From the NCBI GenBank assembly GCA_963806225.1, contig CAWDXG010000004.1, positions 3,904,001-3,968,000 of the forward strand: a stretch of DNA of 64,000 nt. Reading direction: 5' to 3'. Of this stretch, positions 30,563 through 39,980 are shown piece by piece. How positions within the stretch are numbered: position 1 is the first letter of the stretch; every line of letters starts with the position of its first letter. Below the pieces are notes generated by a model. That model saw only the letters and a program-made list of their open reading frames with translations, did no database searches and was not told where the DNA came from. Source of the DNA: an uncultured delta proteobacterium (lineage in GTDB: Bacteria > Myxococcota_A > Polyangia > Polyangiales > Polyangiaceae). Made by a program: the position numbers and the translations under genes.

Positions 30563-32254
30563 ATGGTCCCGCCCGACGTGCTCTGGCGGTCCGGTGTCCG
30601 TACTGGTGTCGGCCTTCTGGCCTGTGTGGCGATCGCAGCCGCGGGGCGGACCGCCGCGGCGCAGACCGATGCGCCACCGGCGGACAGCGGGCAGCCCGCA
30701 GCGGGCGCTGGCGAGTCTCCCGAAACCGGCAACGCCGCCCAACCCGCCCCGGACGACAGCGCGGGTGAGCCAGCCGCGGCTCCCGACAACAAGGGCGCAC
30801 CGGCCACCAGGGACGACGCCGACGCCGCCGGCAGGACCACGGCCGCGCCCGCCGAACCGGCAGCCGCTCCCCCCGCGCGCGCTCGCGCGGAACACGCGCC
30901 GGCCGCGAAGGCCGCGGCCGAGCCGGCTCCCGCGCCCAAGCCAGAGTATCCGAAGAGCGGGTTCTCGTTCGGCTCGTACGGTCGCGTCGTCGTCGCGTCC
31001 GACGGACGCGGCGGCGAGGGCCGCAACGCCGACGTGGTGGCACACGGCTCCCGCATCGATGAATCGACCTACGCCGAGCTCGAGCTCCGGCGCGACGACA
31101 ACTGGTCGCGGGACCTCTCCTCGCGCGTCGTCACGACGCTCGCCATCGGCGGGCCGATCTTCCACTACAACGGCAAGTTCGACGCGAAGCTCGCGCTGAG
31201 GAACCTGTACGTCGAGGAGAAGGGGATCGGCGACAAGGGACTGAGCGCCTGGGTCGGCTCGCGCATGTATCGCGGCGACGACATCTACCTGCTCGACTAC
31301 TGGCCGCTCGACAACCTCAACACCGTCGGCGGCGGCGTGCGCTTCGACACCCGCGACAACCACACGTACGTCGCGTGGCACGTCGGGATGAATCGCATGA
31401 ACAACCCGTTCCAGCTCCAGGTTGTCCAGCGCCCCGCGGCACAGAACCAGCCTGGGACGACCGACGTCAACCTGCTGGATCGTCCGCGCGTGGTCTCGAG
31501 CCTGAAGGTGTCGAGCATCCTGCCGGTCATCGGCGAGCACGGCGGGCTGAAAGGCGTCCTGTACGGCGAGGTTCACCGGCTGCCGAGCGGCACGCACGAG
31601 AAAAAGCCGGGGGTAACCGAGGCGGTCCCCGGCGACAGCGGCGTGGTGATCGGCGCGCAGCTGGGCATGTTCACGGGCGTGCGCGACACGTTCGTGAACC
31701 TGTTCTTCCGCTACGCGCGCGGGCTCGCGGCGTACGGGGAATTCGGAACGCCCGGGAGCGTTGCGCCGAACCACACGACCTCCGGCGCCCACGAAGCGCT
31801 AGTCGGGCTTTCGGGCAACTGGGAGTACGGGCCCATCGGCGTGATGCTGGGCGGCTACTTCCGGAGCTTCCGCAACGAATCCCCGGAGCAGTTCGACTTC
31901 AACAACCTCGACGAGGGCATCATCGTCGCGCGGCCGCACTTCTTCATCGGCGATCACGCGGGCGTGGCCATCGAAGGTTCGTACCAGGCAGAGCAGCGCG
32001 GGGCGCTCAACGTTGCCACCAACAAGCCGCTCGAGGCCCAGCTCTGGCGCTTCGGCGTGATCCCGTTCTTGTCGCCGGCCGGTCGCGGTGATTTCAAGCG
32101 ACCCCAGCTGCGCCTGATCTGGGCCGTCACCCGCCGCAACGACGACGCGCGCGCCCTCTACCCGCAGGACGACCCGTTCGCGATCCGCCGCATCGAGCAG
32201 TTCTTCGGCATCGGCGCCGAGTGGTGGTTCAACTCCACGAGCTACTCGAAGTAG
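30563..32254 (+). CDS. lamB: Maltoporin/LamB-type carbohydrate porin
   Basis: FGSYGR, RIDESTYAELEL, LSAWVGSRMYRGDDIYLLDYW, RPQLRL, FFGIGAEWWF LamB signatures. Confidence 0.85.
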   Translation: MVPPDVLWRSGVRTGVGLLACVAIAAAGRTAAAQTDAPPADSGQPAAGAGESPETGNAAQPAPDDSAGEPAAAPDNKGAPATRDDADAAGRTTAAPAEPAAAPPARARAEHAPAAKAAAEPAPAPKPEYPKSGFSFGSYGRVVVASDGRGGEGRNADVVAHGSRIDESTYAELELRRDDNWSRDLSSRVVTTLAIGGPIFHYNGKFDAKLALRNLYVEEKGIGDKGLSAWVGSRMYRGDDIYLLDYWPLDNLNTVGGGVRFDTRDNHTYVAWHVGMNRMNNPFQLQVVQRPAAQNQPGTTDVNLLDRPRVVSSLKVSSILPVIGEHGGLKGVLYGEVHRLPSGTHEKKPGVTEAVPGDSGVVIGAQLGMFTGVRDTFVNLFFRYARGLAAYGEFGTPGSVAPNHTTSGAHEALVGLSGNWEYGPIGVMLGGYFRSFRNESPEQFDFNNLDEGIIVARPHFFIGDHAGVAIEGSYQAEQRGALNVATNKPLEAQLWRFGVIPFLSPAGRGDFKRPQLRLIWAVTRRNDDARALYPQDDPFAIRRIEQFFGIGAEWWFNSTSYSK

Positions 32255-32284
32255 CCCGACCGCGCGGCAGCGCGCCGGAGCGCG

Positions 32285-34093
32285 CTACTTCTTGTCGGCG
32301 TTCGTCTTCCCTGCAGCCGCGTCCGCCGGTGCTTTCCCGGCTGCCTTGTCCGCGGCGGTCTCCTTCTCGGCGCCGGCGATGATGTGGAACTCGACGCGGC
32401 GGTTGTTGGCGCGCCCTTCCTCGGTGTCGTTGGTATCGATGGGTCGTGTCTCGCCGTAGCCGTGCGACTGGAGCCGCTTTCTGGCAACGCCGTGCCCGAC
32501 GAGCCAGTTGACCACCGACTGAGCGCGCCGCTTGCTGAGCCGCATGTTGTAGGCATCGCTGCCCTTGCTGTCGGTGTGGCCCTCGACGCTGACCTTCGTG
32601 ATGTCCGGATGGTCGGCGAGGATCTTCTTCACGGCAGCCAGGATGAAGTCGCTCGTCTTGAGGATCTTCGCGCTGTTGTAGGCGAACTGTACCTGTTCGC
32701 GGATCTTGATCTGTCCGTGCTCGATGTGGGCGACGGGACAGCCGTTCTTCTTCGGGTCGTCGTTCTTCGGCCCGGGCGCGTCCGGGCACGCATCGTCGGG
32801 ATCGAGGATACCGTCGCCGTCGCTGTCTTTCGGCGGTGGACAGCCGTTGGTCTTCGGGTCGTCCGTCTTGACGCCCGGCGTGTCCGGACAGGCATCGTCA
32901 TCGTCGAGGACGCCGTCCTTGTCGCGATCCTTCGGCGGCGGACAGCCGTTGGTCTTCGGGTCGTCCGTCTTGACGCCCGGCGTGTCCGGACAGGCATCGT
33001 CATCGTCGAGGACGCCGTCCTTGTCGCGATCCTTCGGCGGCGGACAGCCGTTGGTCTCCGGGTCGTCCGTCCTGACGCCCGGCGTGTCCGGACAGGCGTC
33101 GTCGGTGTCGAAGACGCCATCGTGATCGCGATCCGACGGCTTCACGGGGGGAGGCGGAGGCGGTGCCGGCTTTTCGAACGGCTGCACCCACTCCGCCGAC
33201 AGCAGCACGCGCATCACCGGTGTGCCGAAGGCGCGCGTCAGGCCTGGCCCAATGCCCGCCCCGAAGCGCCACACCTTCGTCGCGGTGTAGTGCGCTCCGA
33301 ACAGAAGCTCGAACGGCGTCTCGGTGCGCCCGAAGAACGCCTTCGAATTCGTCACCACCGTGGAGCCGTAGAGCTCCGGGCCGACAACCAGCTTCTTGTC
33401 CGCAACCCGGACTCCCGCTGCGGCCGCGATGCCCACGGCGCTGCCCCGCTTCTTGCCGGCGTAGGTGTCGCTCTGCGCCCTGATGTCGAAGCTGAGCTGC
33501 GCTGCGTACACGAAGGGCTTCACGTCACCGGCGACCATCAGCCGCGGGATGGCGCGGACCGCGCCGTCGCCCGTGTAGCTCTTGCGCGAACCGGTGGGGG
33601 CGATCAGCCAGAGCCCCCCGGCGAACGTCACCGGATCGCCGTACTGGCCAACGATGCGGACATCGCCGCCGACGCGCAGATCGCCGACGGTCGTCTTGTT
33701 GCTCGAAACGTAGCTCTGCCCCTGCACGGTGCCGCCGTCGCCGGCCTGGTAGAGCAGAATGGGCAGATTCACGCCGAAGCGGACGCGATTCCACAGGATG
33801 ATGGTCCCACCCAGATGCGCGTACAGCTGGTGCGCCACGATGGGCGAGACTTCGTTGCCGTTCGCGTCGTAGATGACCAGGGGCTTTTCGGCGTAGTCGC
33901 CGACGAGACCCGCCGCAAAGCGCTGATGGCCGCGCAGATCGAGCGAGTCGGCGACGAACCATTCGCTGCCGCGCTCCGACGGTTGGAACCGATCGAGATT
34001 GAACCCCTGCGCGCGGGTCTGGGCACGAGCGCCCGGCGCGCACAGGAGTGCAGACGCAGCAAGACCGACACCTACGGCGATGCGACGAAACAT
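32285..34093 (-). CDS. OmpA-family protein with N-terminal beta-barrel and thrombospondin type-3 Ca-binding repeats
   Basis: DRDKDGVLDDDDACPDTPG repeats; VEGHTDSKG, LSKRRAQSV, GYGETRP, NRRVEF. Confidence 0.93.
   Translation of the reverse strand: MFRRIAVGVGLAASALLCAPGARAQTRAQGFNLDRFQPSERGSEWFVADSLDLRGHQRFAAGLVGDYAEKPLVIYDANGNEVSPIVAHQLYAHLGGTIILWNRVRFGVNLPILLYQAGDGGTVQGQSYVSSNKTTVGDLRVGGDVRIVGQYGDPVTFAGGLWLIAPTGSRKSYTGDGAVRAIPRLMVAGDVKPFVYAAQLSFDIRAQSDTYAGKKRGSAVGIAAAAGVRVADKKLVVGPELYGSTVVTNSKAFFGRTETPFELLFGAHYTATKVWRFGAGIGPGLTRAFGTPVMRVLLSAEWVQPFEKPAPPPPPPVKPSDRDHDGVFDTDDACPDTPGVRTDDPETNGCPPPKDRDKDGVLDDDDACPDTPGVKTDDPKTNGCPPPKDRDKDGVLDDDDACPDTPGVKTDDPKTNGCPPPKDSDGDGILDPDDACPDAPGPKNDDPKKNGCPVAHIEHGQIKIREQVQFAYNSAKILKTSDFILAAVKKILADHPDITKVSVEGHTDSKGSDAYNMRLSKRRAQSVVNWLVGHGVARKRLQSHGYGETRPIDTNDTEEGRANNRRVEFHIIAGAEKETAADKAAGKAPADAAAGKTNADKK
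32736..33132 (-). repeat. 102-bp coding tandem repeat (34-aa TSP3 units, about 4 copies)
   Basis: GGACAGCCGTT recurs at 32838, 32940 and 33042; the central copies are essentially identical. Confidence 0.9.
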
Positions 34094-34367
34094 GGAGATC
34101 TCCGTTTTTCAGCCCGCGTGACGACGACGACGCGAAAATAGAAGCCCAAAGCCGAGGAGCAGACCTCCGCCCCGTCCGTTGCCGGCCGAGCCACCCCCAG
34201 CAGCGCTGCCACCTGTCCCAGACGCACTACCCCTGCACCCGCGTGTCCGGCCGCCGCGCATCCGCAAGAGCGGCGAGCATATCGTCCGCGGCTTCGGTCG
34301 CGCCAGCGCTGGAGGCAGCCGCGCGCGGGACGGGACGCTCGATTCCGCTTTCGCGCCCGACGGGCGC

Positions 34368-34395
34368 TTGACGCATTGCGTTAGGTGGTTATGTT
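34368..34395 (+). promoter_or_regulatory. Putative sigma-70 promoter of the pnt operon
   Basis: TTGACG-N16-TATGTT about 90 bp upstream of pntAA. Confidence 0.45.
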
Positions 34396-34485
34396 GCACG
34401 GCTCCGGGGCTCCGGGGCTCTATTGGCTTGAAGTTCCCTGCCACTCCACGTGCGATAGCTGCGGTCCCAGGGGAGACGACGATTC

Positions 34486-35703
34486 ATGAAACTCTTGGTT
34501 GCGAGGGAGCGGGCCCGGGGTGAGACGCGCGTTGCGGCAACACCCGAGACGGTGAAACACCTCATCGAGCTCGGGCTCGAGGTGGTCGTCGAGGCCGGCG
34601 CCGGCGAGGCGTCGTTCGTTTCCGACGCCGAGTTCGAGGCAGCGGGCGCGACCATCGAGCGCGATCCCGATTCTGCGTGGAAGTCCGCAAAGCTCGTTTT
34701 GACGGTACGCGGGCCTGGTACCGACAACGTCGACACGGTCTCGCTGCTCGAGCCGGGCTCCACCGTCATCGGCTTCCTCTCGCCGTTCGAGAACGCGGAC
34801 GTGGTGCGCCGCCTGGCCGACGGCCGCGTCACGTCGCTCGCGATGGAGCTAGTGCCGCGCATTACGCGCGCACAGAAGATGGACGCGCTCAGCTCGCAGG
34901 CGAACATCGCGGGCTACAAGGCCGTGCTGACGGCAGCCGCGGAGCTGCCACGCTACTTCCCGCTGCTGATGACGGCCGCCGGCACCATCAAGCCGGCTCA
35001 TGTCGTGATCCTGGGAGCCGGCGTGGCGGGCTTGCAGGCGATCGCGACAGCGCGGCGGCTCGGCGCGGTCGTCGAGGCCAGCGACATCCGCCCTGCAGTC
35101 AAGGAGCAGGTGATGTCGCTCGGCGCCCGCTTCATCGAGCCTCCTGCATCGGAAGAAGCGGGCGAAGCCGAGGGAGGCTACGCGCGCGAGGTGAGCAAGG
35201 AGTATCTGGCGAAGCAGCAGGAGGTCGTTGCCGAGCGCTGCGCCGCCGCCAACGTGGTCATCACGACGGCGCTGGTGCCAGGTCGCGCCGCCCCACGCCT
35301 GGTCACGGCGGCGACCGTCGAGCGCATGCGCGCCGGCTCGGTCATTGTCGATCTCGCTGCCGCACAGGGCGGCAACTGCGAGCTGACCGAGGCCGACAGG
35401 AACGTGCGCAAGCACGGCGTGCTGCTCATCGGCAACACGAACCTGCCGGCAACGGTGCCCGCGGACGCCAGCATGGTCTACGCCCGCAACGTGCTGGCGC
35501 TGGTCCAGCACCTGGTCCGGGACGGCGCGCTCGAGCTCGACACGGGCGACGAGATCACCGCCGGCACGCTCTTGACCCACGCGGGCCAGGTCGTCCATGC
35601 CGCCACGGCCGAGCGGCTCGGCGTCGAGCCGGGCAAGCTTGAAACACCAGCCGCGGCGTCGGAATCCGGCGCCGGTTCCGCGGAAAAGGAGGCTTCGGGA
35701 TGA
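34486..35703 (+). CDS. pntA: NAD(P) transhydrogenase subunit alpha part 1 (domain I)
   Basis: ETRVAATPETV, ELVPRITRAQKMDALSSQ, GAGVAGL, VDLAAAQGGNC. Confidence 0.96.
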   Translation: MKLLVARERARGETRVAATPETVKHLIELGLEVVVEAGAGEASFVSDAEFEAAGATIERDPDSAWKSAKLVLTVRGPGTDNVDTVSLLEPGSTVIGFLSPFENADVVRRLADGRVTSLAMELVPRITRAQKMDALSSQANIAGYKAVLTAAAELPRYFPLLMTAAGTIKPAHVVILGAGVAGLQAIATARRLGAVVEASDIRPAVKEQVMSLGARFIEPPASEEAGEAEGGYAREVSKEYLAKQQEVVAERCAAANVVITTALVPGRAAPRLVTAATVERMRAGSVIVDLAAAQGGNCELTEADRNVRKHGVLLIGNTNLPATVPADASMVYARNVLALVQHLVRDGALELDTGDEITAGTLLTHAGQVVHAATAERLGVEPGKLETPAAASESGAGSAEKEASG

Positions 35704-35981
35704 TGGGGCCGCTGCTCGTCGGCATCTACGTGTTCGTGCTCGCGATCTTCGTGGGCGTCGAGATCATCGCGAAAGTGCCGCCCACGCTGCACACGCCGCT
35801 GATGAGCGGCGCCAACGCCATCAGCGGCATCACGCTGGTCGGCGCACTGGAGGCGGCCACGACCGGCAACATCACGGTCAGCAACGTGCTCGGCTGCATC
35901 GCCATCATCTTCGCCACCATCAACGTCGTCGGCGGCTTCCTCGTCACCGACCGCATGCTGAAGATGTTCCGGAGGCACTGA
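35700..35981 (+). CDS. NAD(P) transhydrogenase subunit alpha part 2 (PntAB)
   Basis: VPPTLHTPLMSGANAISGI and INVVGGFLVTDRMLKMF. Confidence 0.96.
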   Translation: MMGPLLVGIYVFVLAIFVGVEIIAKVPPTLHTPLMSGANAISGITLVGALEAATTGNITVSNVLGCIAIIFATINVVGGFLVTDRMLKMFRRH

Positions 35982-37444
35982 TGACAAGCCTCACGGAAGC
36001 CGTCGTCAACCTGACGTACCTGGCCTCGGCGATCCTGTTCGTCTTCGGCCTCAAGCGCATGACGCGCGTGCACACCGCGCGGGGCGGCAATGCGCTGGCC
36101 GCGCTGGCGATGCTCCTCGCCATCGTCGCCACGCTCGTGGAGATGGGCCGCATCGACTACCGCTGGATCCTGATCGGCGTCGTGGTCGGCAGCGCCATCG
36201 GCGCTTTCGCCGCCATGACCGTCCCGATGACGGACATGCCGGAGATGGTGGCGCTGTTCAATGGCTTCGGCGGCGGCGCGTCCATGCTGGTGGGCGCTTC
36301 CGTCGTGTGGCTGGACGTGGTCGAGCCCGGCAAGGTCGGGACGCTGGCCGTGGTGCTCGGTTCATCCAGGTCCAGTGGCCCCGCGGTCGCGACGACCATC
36401 GGGCTGTCCATCCTGGTTGGCGGACTGACGCTGACCGGCAGCCTGATCGCGTACCTCAAGCTCTCGGGGAAGATCGGCGGCAAGCCGGTGCTCCTGCCGG
36501 GCCGGCACGTGTTGAACGCACTCCTGCTGCTCGGCGCGTTGGTCGTCGGTGGCTACCTGGCGTTCTTCTCGGCCGTGCCGCACGACGCGGAGCTCGCTGC
36601 CCTGGTGCTCGGCGCCATCAGCCTGGTGCTCGGCGTGTTCCTGGTGATCCCGATCGGCGGTGCCGACATGCCGGTCGTAATCTCGCTGCTCAACTCCTAT
36701 TCGGGCGTCGCGGCAGCGATGACCGGTTTCGTACTGGGCAACAACGCGCTCATCATCAGCGGCGCGCTGGTCGGCGCCTCCGGGCTCATCCTGACGAAGA
36801 TCATGTGCGTGGCGATGAACCGCTCACTGACCAACGTCATCTTCGGCGGCTTCGGCGCGGAACCGGAAGGCGGCGGACCGGAAGGCGGCGGCGAGTACAC
36901 GAACGTGCGCTCCGTCGGCGCGGAGGAAGCGGCCATGGTGCTGGAGGACGCCCGCAGCGTGATCTTCGTCCCCGGCTACGGCATGGCCGTCGCGCAGGCG
37001 CAGCACGCCGTCAAGGAGCTGGCCGGCCTGCTCGAGAAGCGCGGGGTCGTCGTCCGCTATGCGATCCACCCGGTGGCCGGCCGTATGCCCGGCCACATGA
37101 ACGTGCTGCTCGCCGAGGCCGACGTGCCCTACGACGAGCTGGTCGAGATGGACGTGATCAACCCGGAGTTCGTGGACACCGACGTGTCGATCGTCATCGG
37201 CGCCAACAACGTCGTGAACCCCGCGGCCGAGACCGATCCGAAGAGCCCGATCCACGGCATGCCGGTGCTGCAGGTCTACAACTCGCACACCGTATTCGTG
37301 ATCAAGCGCAGCCTCGGTACCGGCTTTGCCGGCATCAAGAACGAGCTGTTCGAGCGCGACAACACCCTGATGGTCTTCGGCGACGCCAAGAAGGTGCTGC
37401 AGGATCTGGTCGGCGAGCTGAAAACCGCGGCAAAGGCTGCCTAG
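35981..37444 (+). CDS. pntB: NAD(P) transhydrogenase subunit beta
   Basis: MPEMVALFNG, IGGADMPVVISLLNSYSG, PGYGMAVAQAQ, IHPVAGRMPGHMNVLLAEA. Reads GANN where the family has GAND. Confidence 0.96.
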   Translation: MTSLTEAVVNLTYLASAILFVFGLKRMTRVHTARGGNALAALAMLLAIVATLVEMGRIDYRWILIGVVVGSAIGAFAAMTVPMTDMPEMVALFNGFGGGASMLVGASVVWLDVVEPGKVGTLAVVLGSSRSSGPAVATTIGLSILVGGLTLTGSLIAYLKLSGKIGGKPVLLPGRHVLNALLLLGALVVGGYLAFFSAVPHDAELAALVLGAISLVLGVFLVIPIGGADMPVVISLLNSYSGVAAAMTGFVLGNNALIISGALVGASGLILTKIMCVAMNRSLTNVIFGGFGAEPEGGGPEGGGEYTNVRSVGAEEAAMVLEDARSVIFVPGYGMAVAQAQHAVKELAGLLEKRGVVVRYAIHPVAGRMPGHMNVLLAEADVPYDELVEMDVINPEFVDTDVSIVIGANNVVNPAAETDPKSPIHGMPVLQVYNSHTVFVIKRSLGTGFAGIKNELFERDNTLMVFGDAKKVLQDLVGELKTAAKAA

Positions 37445-37494
37445 GCGGATTTCCGGACGTACCCCGGGCCGGCGAGTTGCGGTAGCCTCGGCGC

Positions 37495-39342
37495 ATGTTC
37501 CGCCGTGCCTTGCTGCTCAGCACCTGCCTCGCTCTTGGCGCCGCCACCTCGGGCTGCATGGACTTCAAGAGCGTCGAGGGCGACCAGCCGATATCGACGC
37601 ACGTCGCCGACTGGCGTGACGAGGTCATCTACCAGATCATGGTGGACCGCTTCGCCGACGGCGACCGCGGCAACGACTATCGCGTCGATCGCACGGCGCC
37701 TGCGCGCTACCACGGCGGCGACTGGCTGGGCATCGAGGACCACCTCGGCTACCTGCAGCATCTCGGGGTCACCGCGCTCTGGATCTCGCCCATCGTCAAG
37801 AACGTCGAGACCGACGCGGGCGTCGACGGCTACCACGGCTACTGGGCGCAGGACTTCACCCAGCTCAATCCCCACTTCGGCAACCTGGCGGCCCTCAGGA
37901 ACCTGGTGAAGGCCGCACACGACCGCGGCATGAAGGTGATCCTCGACATCGTCGTCAATCACCTGGGGCAGCTCTTCTACTACGACATCAATCTCAACGG
38001 GCAGCCCGACGAGAGCGTGCGCGGCGAGGGGCCCGTCGTTGCACCCGACGGCAAGAAGACGCTGCCGGATGGCACACCGATCGGCACCAGCATCGTCAGC
38101 CACATCAACGAGTACGACCCGGACTACGACCCGCGCGGCGTGCAGGCGTGGACGTCTCTCGGCCTGGCCGGCCCGGCTCCCATCATCTTCAGCTACGACC
38201 CGGCGACGAACCACATGCCGCCCGAGCCGGCCATCTTCCAGGAGCCACGCGCCTACCACCGCCGCGGTCGCGTCTACGACTGGAACGACCCGGATCAGGT
38301 CAAGTACGGCGATTTCCCCGGCGGCCTGAAGGATATCAACACCGAGGATCCCGATGTCCGTCAGGCGCTCATCGATGTCTTCGTCCACTGGGTGGAGCTG
38401 ACGGATCTGGACGGTTTCCGCATCGACACGCTCAAGCATGTCGATCACTCGTTCTGGCAGAAGTTCTGCCCCCAGGTGCGCCAGCGCCTCGCCGCCGAGG
38501 GCAAGAAGAACTTCTTCATGTTCGGCGAGTCCTTCGACGGCGACGACCAGCTGGACGGCTCGTTCACGTTCAACAACGAGGTCGACAGCGTCTTCTACTT
38601 CCCGCAGCACTTCAACGTGTTCCGGGACGTCTTCCAGCAGGGCAAGCCCACCAAGGAGATCGAGGATCTCTTCAACAACCGGCTGGGGCCGAACCCCTTG
38701 TACAGCACCACACCGCCGAAGGGCGGCATCGGGGTGCCGCCCAACAAGGCGCTGGTGAACTTCATCGACAACCACAACGTCGCCCGGTTCCGCTTCGACC
38801 GTCCCGACAAGGGCGCACTGGAGAACGCGCTCCTGTTCCTGTTCACCGAGGACGGCATCCCCTGCGTCTACTACGGCACCGAGCAGGGCTTCGACGGCGG
38901 CAATGACCCTTCCAACCGCGAGGACCTGTGGAAGAGCCACTTCGACGAGTCCAGCCACTACTACAAGTGGGTCTCGCGGCTGGCACACATCCGTCGCGCC
39001 TACCCGGCGCTGACGCACGGCGACCTGAAGATCGTCTGGAGCACCGATCGTCCCGACCCCGCGACGGATGCCGGCATCATCGCGTTCGAGCGCACGGGCG
39101 GCGACGCGGGCAACGCCTACGCGCTGGTGGTCATCAACACCAACGCCAAGCACCCGAGCTCGCCCGAGTTCAACGGCACCCCGATGACGACCTCGCTGCC
39201 CGCGGGGACCAAGCTGGTCAACGTGCTCGACCCGAAGAGCGCTCCGCTCACGGTCGAGACCGGCGGGGCTCTCCACGTGACCGTGCCGGCCACCTCGGGC
39301 GTGGTCCTGGTCCGCCAGAAGGACCTCGTTCCGGGCCTGTAG
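37495..39342 (+). CDS. GH13 alpha-amylase family lipoprotein (region IV Asp replaced by Asn)
   Basis: Lipobox TSG-C; DWRDEVIYQIMVDRF, YHGYW, DIVVNH, GFRIDTLKH, FGE, FIDNHN, YYGTEQ. Confidence 0.9.
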   Translation: MFRRALLLSTCLALGAATSGCMDFKSVEGDQPISTHVADWRDEVIYQIMVDRFADGDRGNDYRVDRTAPARYHGGDWLGIEDHLGYLQHLGVTALWISPIVKNVETDAGVDGYHGYWAQDFTQLNPHFGNLAALRNLVKAAHDRGMKVILDIVVNHLGQLFYYDINLNGQPDESVRGEGPVVAPDGKKTLPDGTPIGTSIVSHINEYDPDYDPRGVQAWTSLGLAGPAPIIFSYDPATNHMPPEPAIFQEPRAYHRRGRVYDWNDPDQVKYGDFPGGLKDINTEDPDVRQALIDVFVHWVELTDLDGFRIDTLKHVDHSFWQKFCPQVRQRLAAEGKKNFFMFGESFDGDDQLDGSFTFNNEVDSVFYFPQHFNVFRDVFQQGKPTKEIEDLFNNRLGPNPLYSTTPPKGGIGVPPNKALVNFIDNHNVARFRFDRPDKGALENALLFLFTEDGIPCVYYGTEQGFDGGNDPSNREDLWKSHFDESSHYYKWVSRLAHIRRAYPALTHGDLKIVWSTDRPDPATDAGIIAFERTGGDAGNAYALVVINTNAKHPSSPEFNGTPMTTSLPAGTKLVNVLDPKSAPLTVETGGALHVTVPATSGVVLVRQKDLVPGL

Positions 39343-39378
39343 CAGCTGCGTCCAGGAGCGGACAAGGGCCGGCCTGCT

Positions 39379-39412
39379 CCGGGACGAGATCGTCTCACCT
39401 GTCTCGTCCCGG
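39379..39412 (+). terminator. 11-bp stem-loop after the GH13 gene (terminator or mRNA-stabilising hairpin)
   Basis: CCGGGACGAGA-N12-TCTCGTCCCGG; no clear U-tract. Confidence 0.4.
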
Positions 39413-39487
39413 GACTTGACGGCGCGGCTTTCCCGGGATCTTCTGTAATTCGAACCCGGCAGGGGTCTTGCAGCAACGAACCGTGTC

Positions 39488-39937
39488 ATGCCGGGCTCCC
39501 GCTCCGATCCCCCAGTCTCCAAGCCCGTCCGGCGCAGGCCGCGCGTGCTGGTCGTCGACGACGAGCCGATCATGCTGCGAACGATCCGGCGGCTGATCAA
39601 TCGCTCGCATCCGGACTGGGAGCTGGTCACGGTGCTGAGCGGGGAGGACGCAATCGCGACGCTCGGCAGGAAGCATTTCGACGTGATGGTCACCGATCTC
39701 AGGATGATCGGCATGCAGGGGCGAACCTTGCTCGAGCTGGTCCGCTTCCATCATCCGCGGGTGGTGCGCGTCATCCACTCCGCGCACGTGGACTCGCTGC
39801 CGCCCGGCCTCGATCCCCCGCTCGCCCACCGCGCGGTCACCAAGCCCGCCAGCGGCGAGGAGCTGATTGGCGCGATCGAGTGGGCGCTCGAGGTCGCCGC
39901 CGAGCGTAGCAATGGCGACAATTCCGCCTGCTCCTAG
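39488..39937 (+). CDS. Single-domain response regulator (receiver)
   Basis: VLVVDDEP, DVMVTDLRM, HSA, KP. Confidence 0.88.
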   Translation: MPGSRSDPPVSKPVRRRPRVLVVDDEPIMLRTIRRLINRSHPDWELVTVLSGEDAIATLGRKHFDVMVTDLRMIGMQGRTLLELVRFHHPRVVRVIHSAHVDSLPPGLDPPLAHRAVTKPASGEELIGAIEWALEVAAERSNGDNSACS

Positions 39938-39980
39938 CCGGTCAGCGGCACCGGGTCCGCGACCTTCCCTCGACCCCTGC

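Noticed and set aside
32736..33132. CRISPR-like array
   Set aside because: Head-to-tail 102-bp coding repeats with no unique spacers and no cas genes.
196..39714. Long antisense/alternate-frame ORFs (e.g. 196..2742, 8157..11123, 13702..15627, 32384..34141, 37441..39714)
   Set aside because: Arg/Ala/His-rich shadows caused by high GC3 on the coding strand; they have no motifs.
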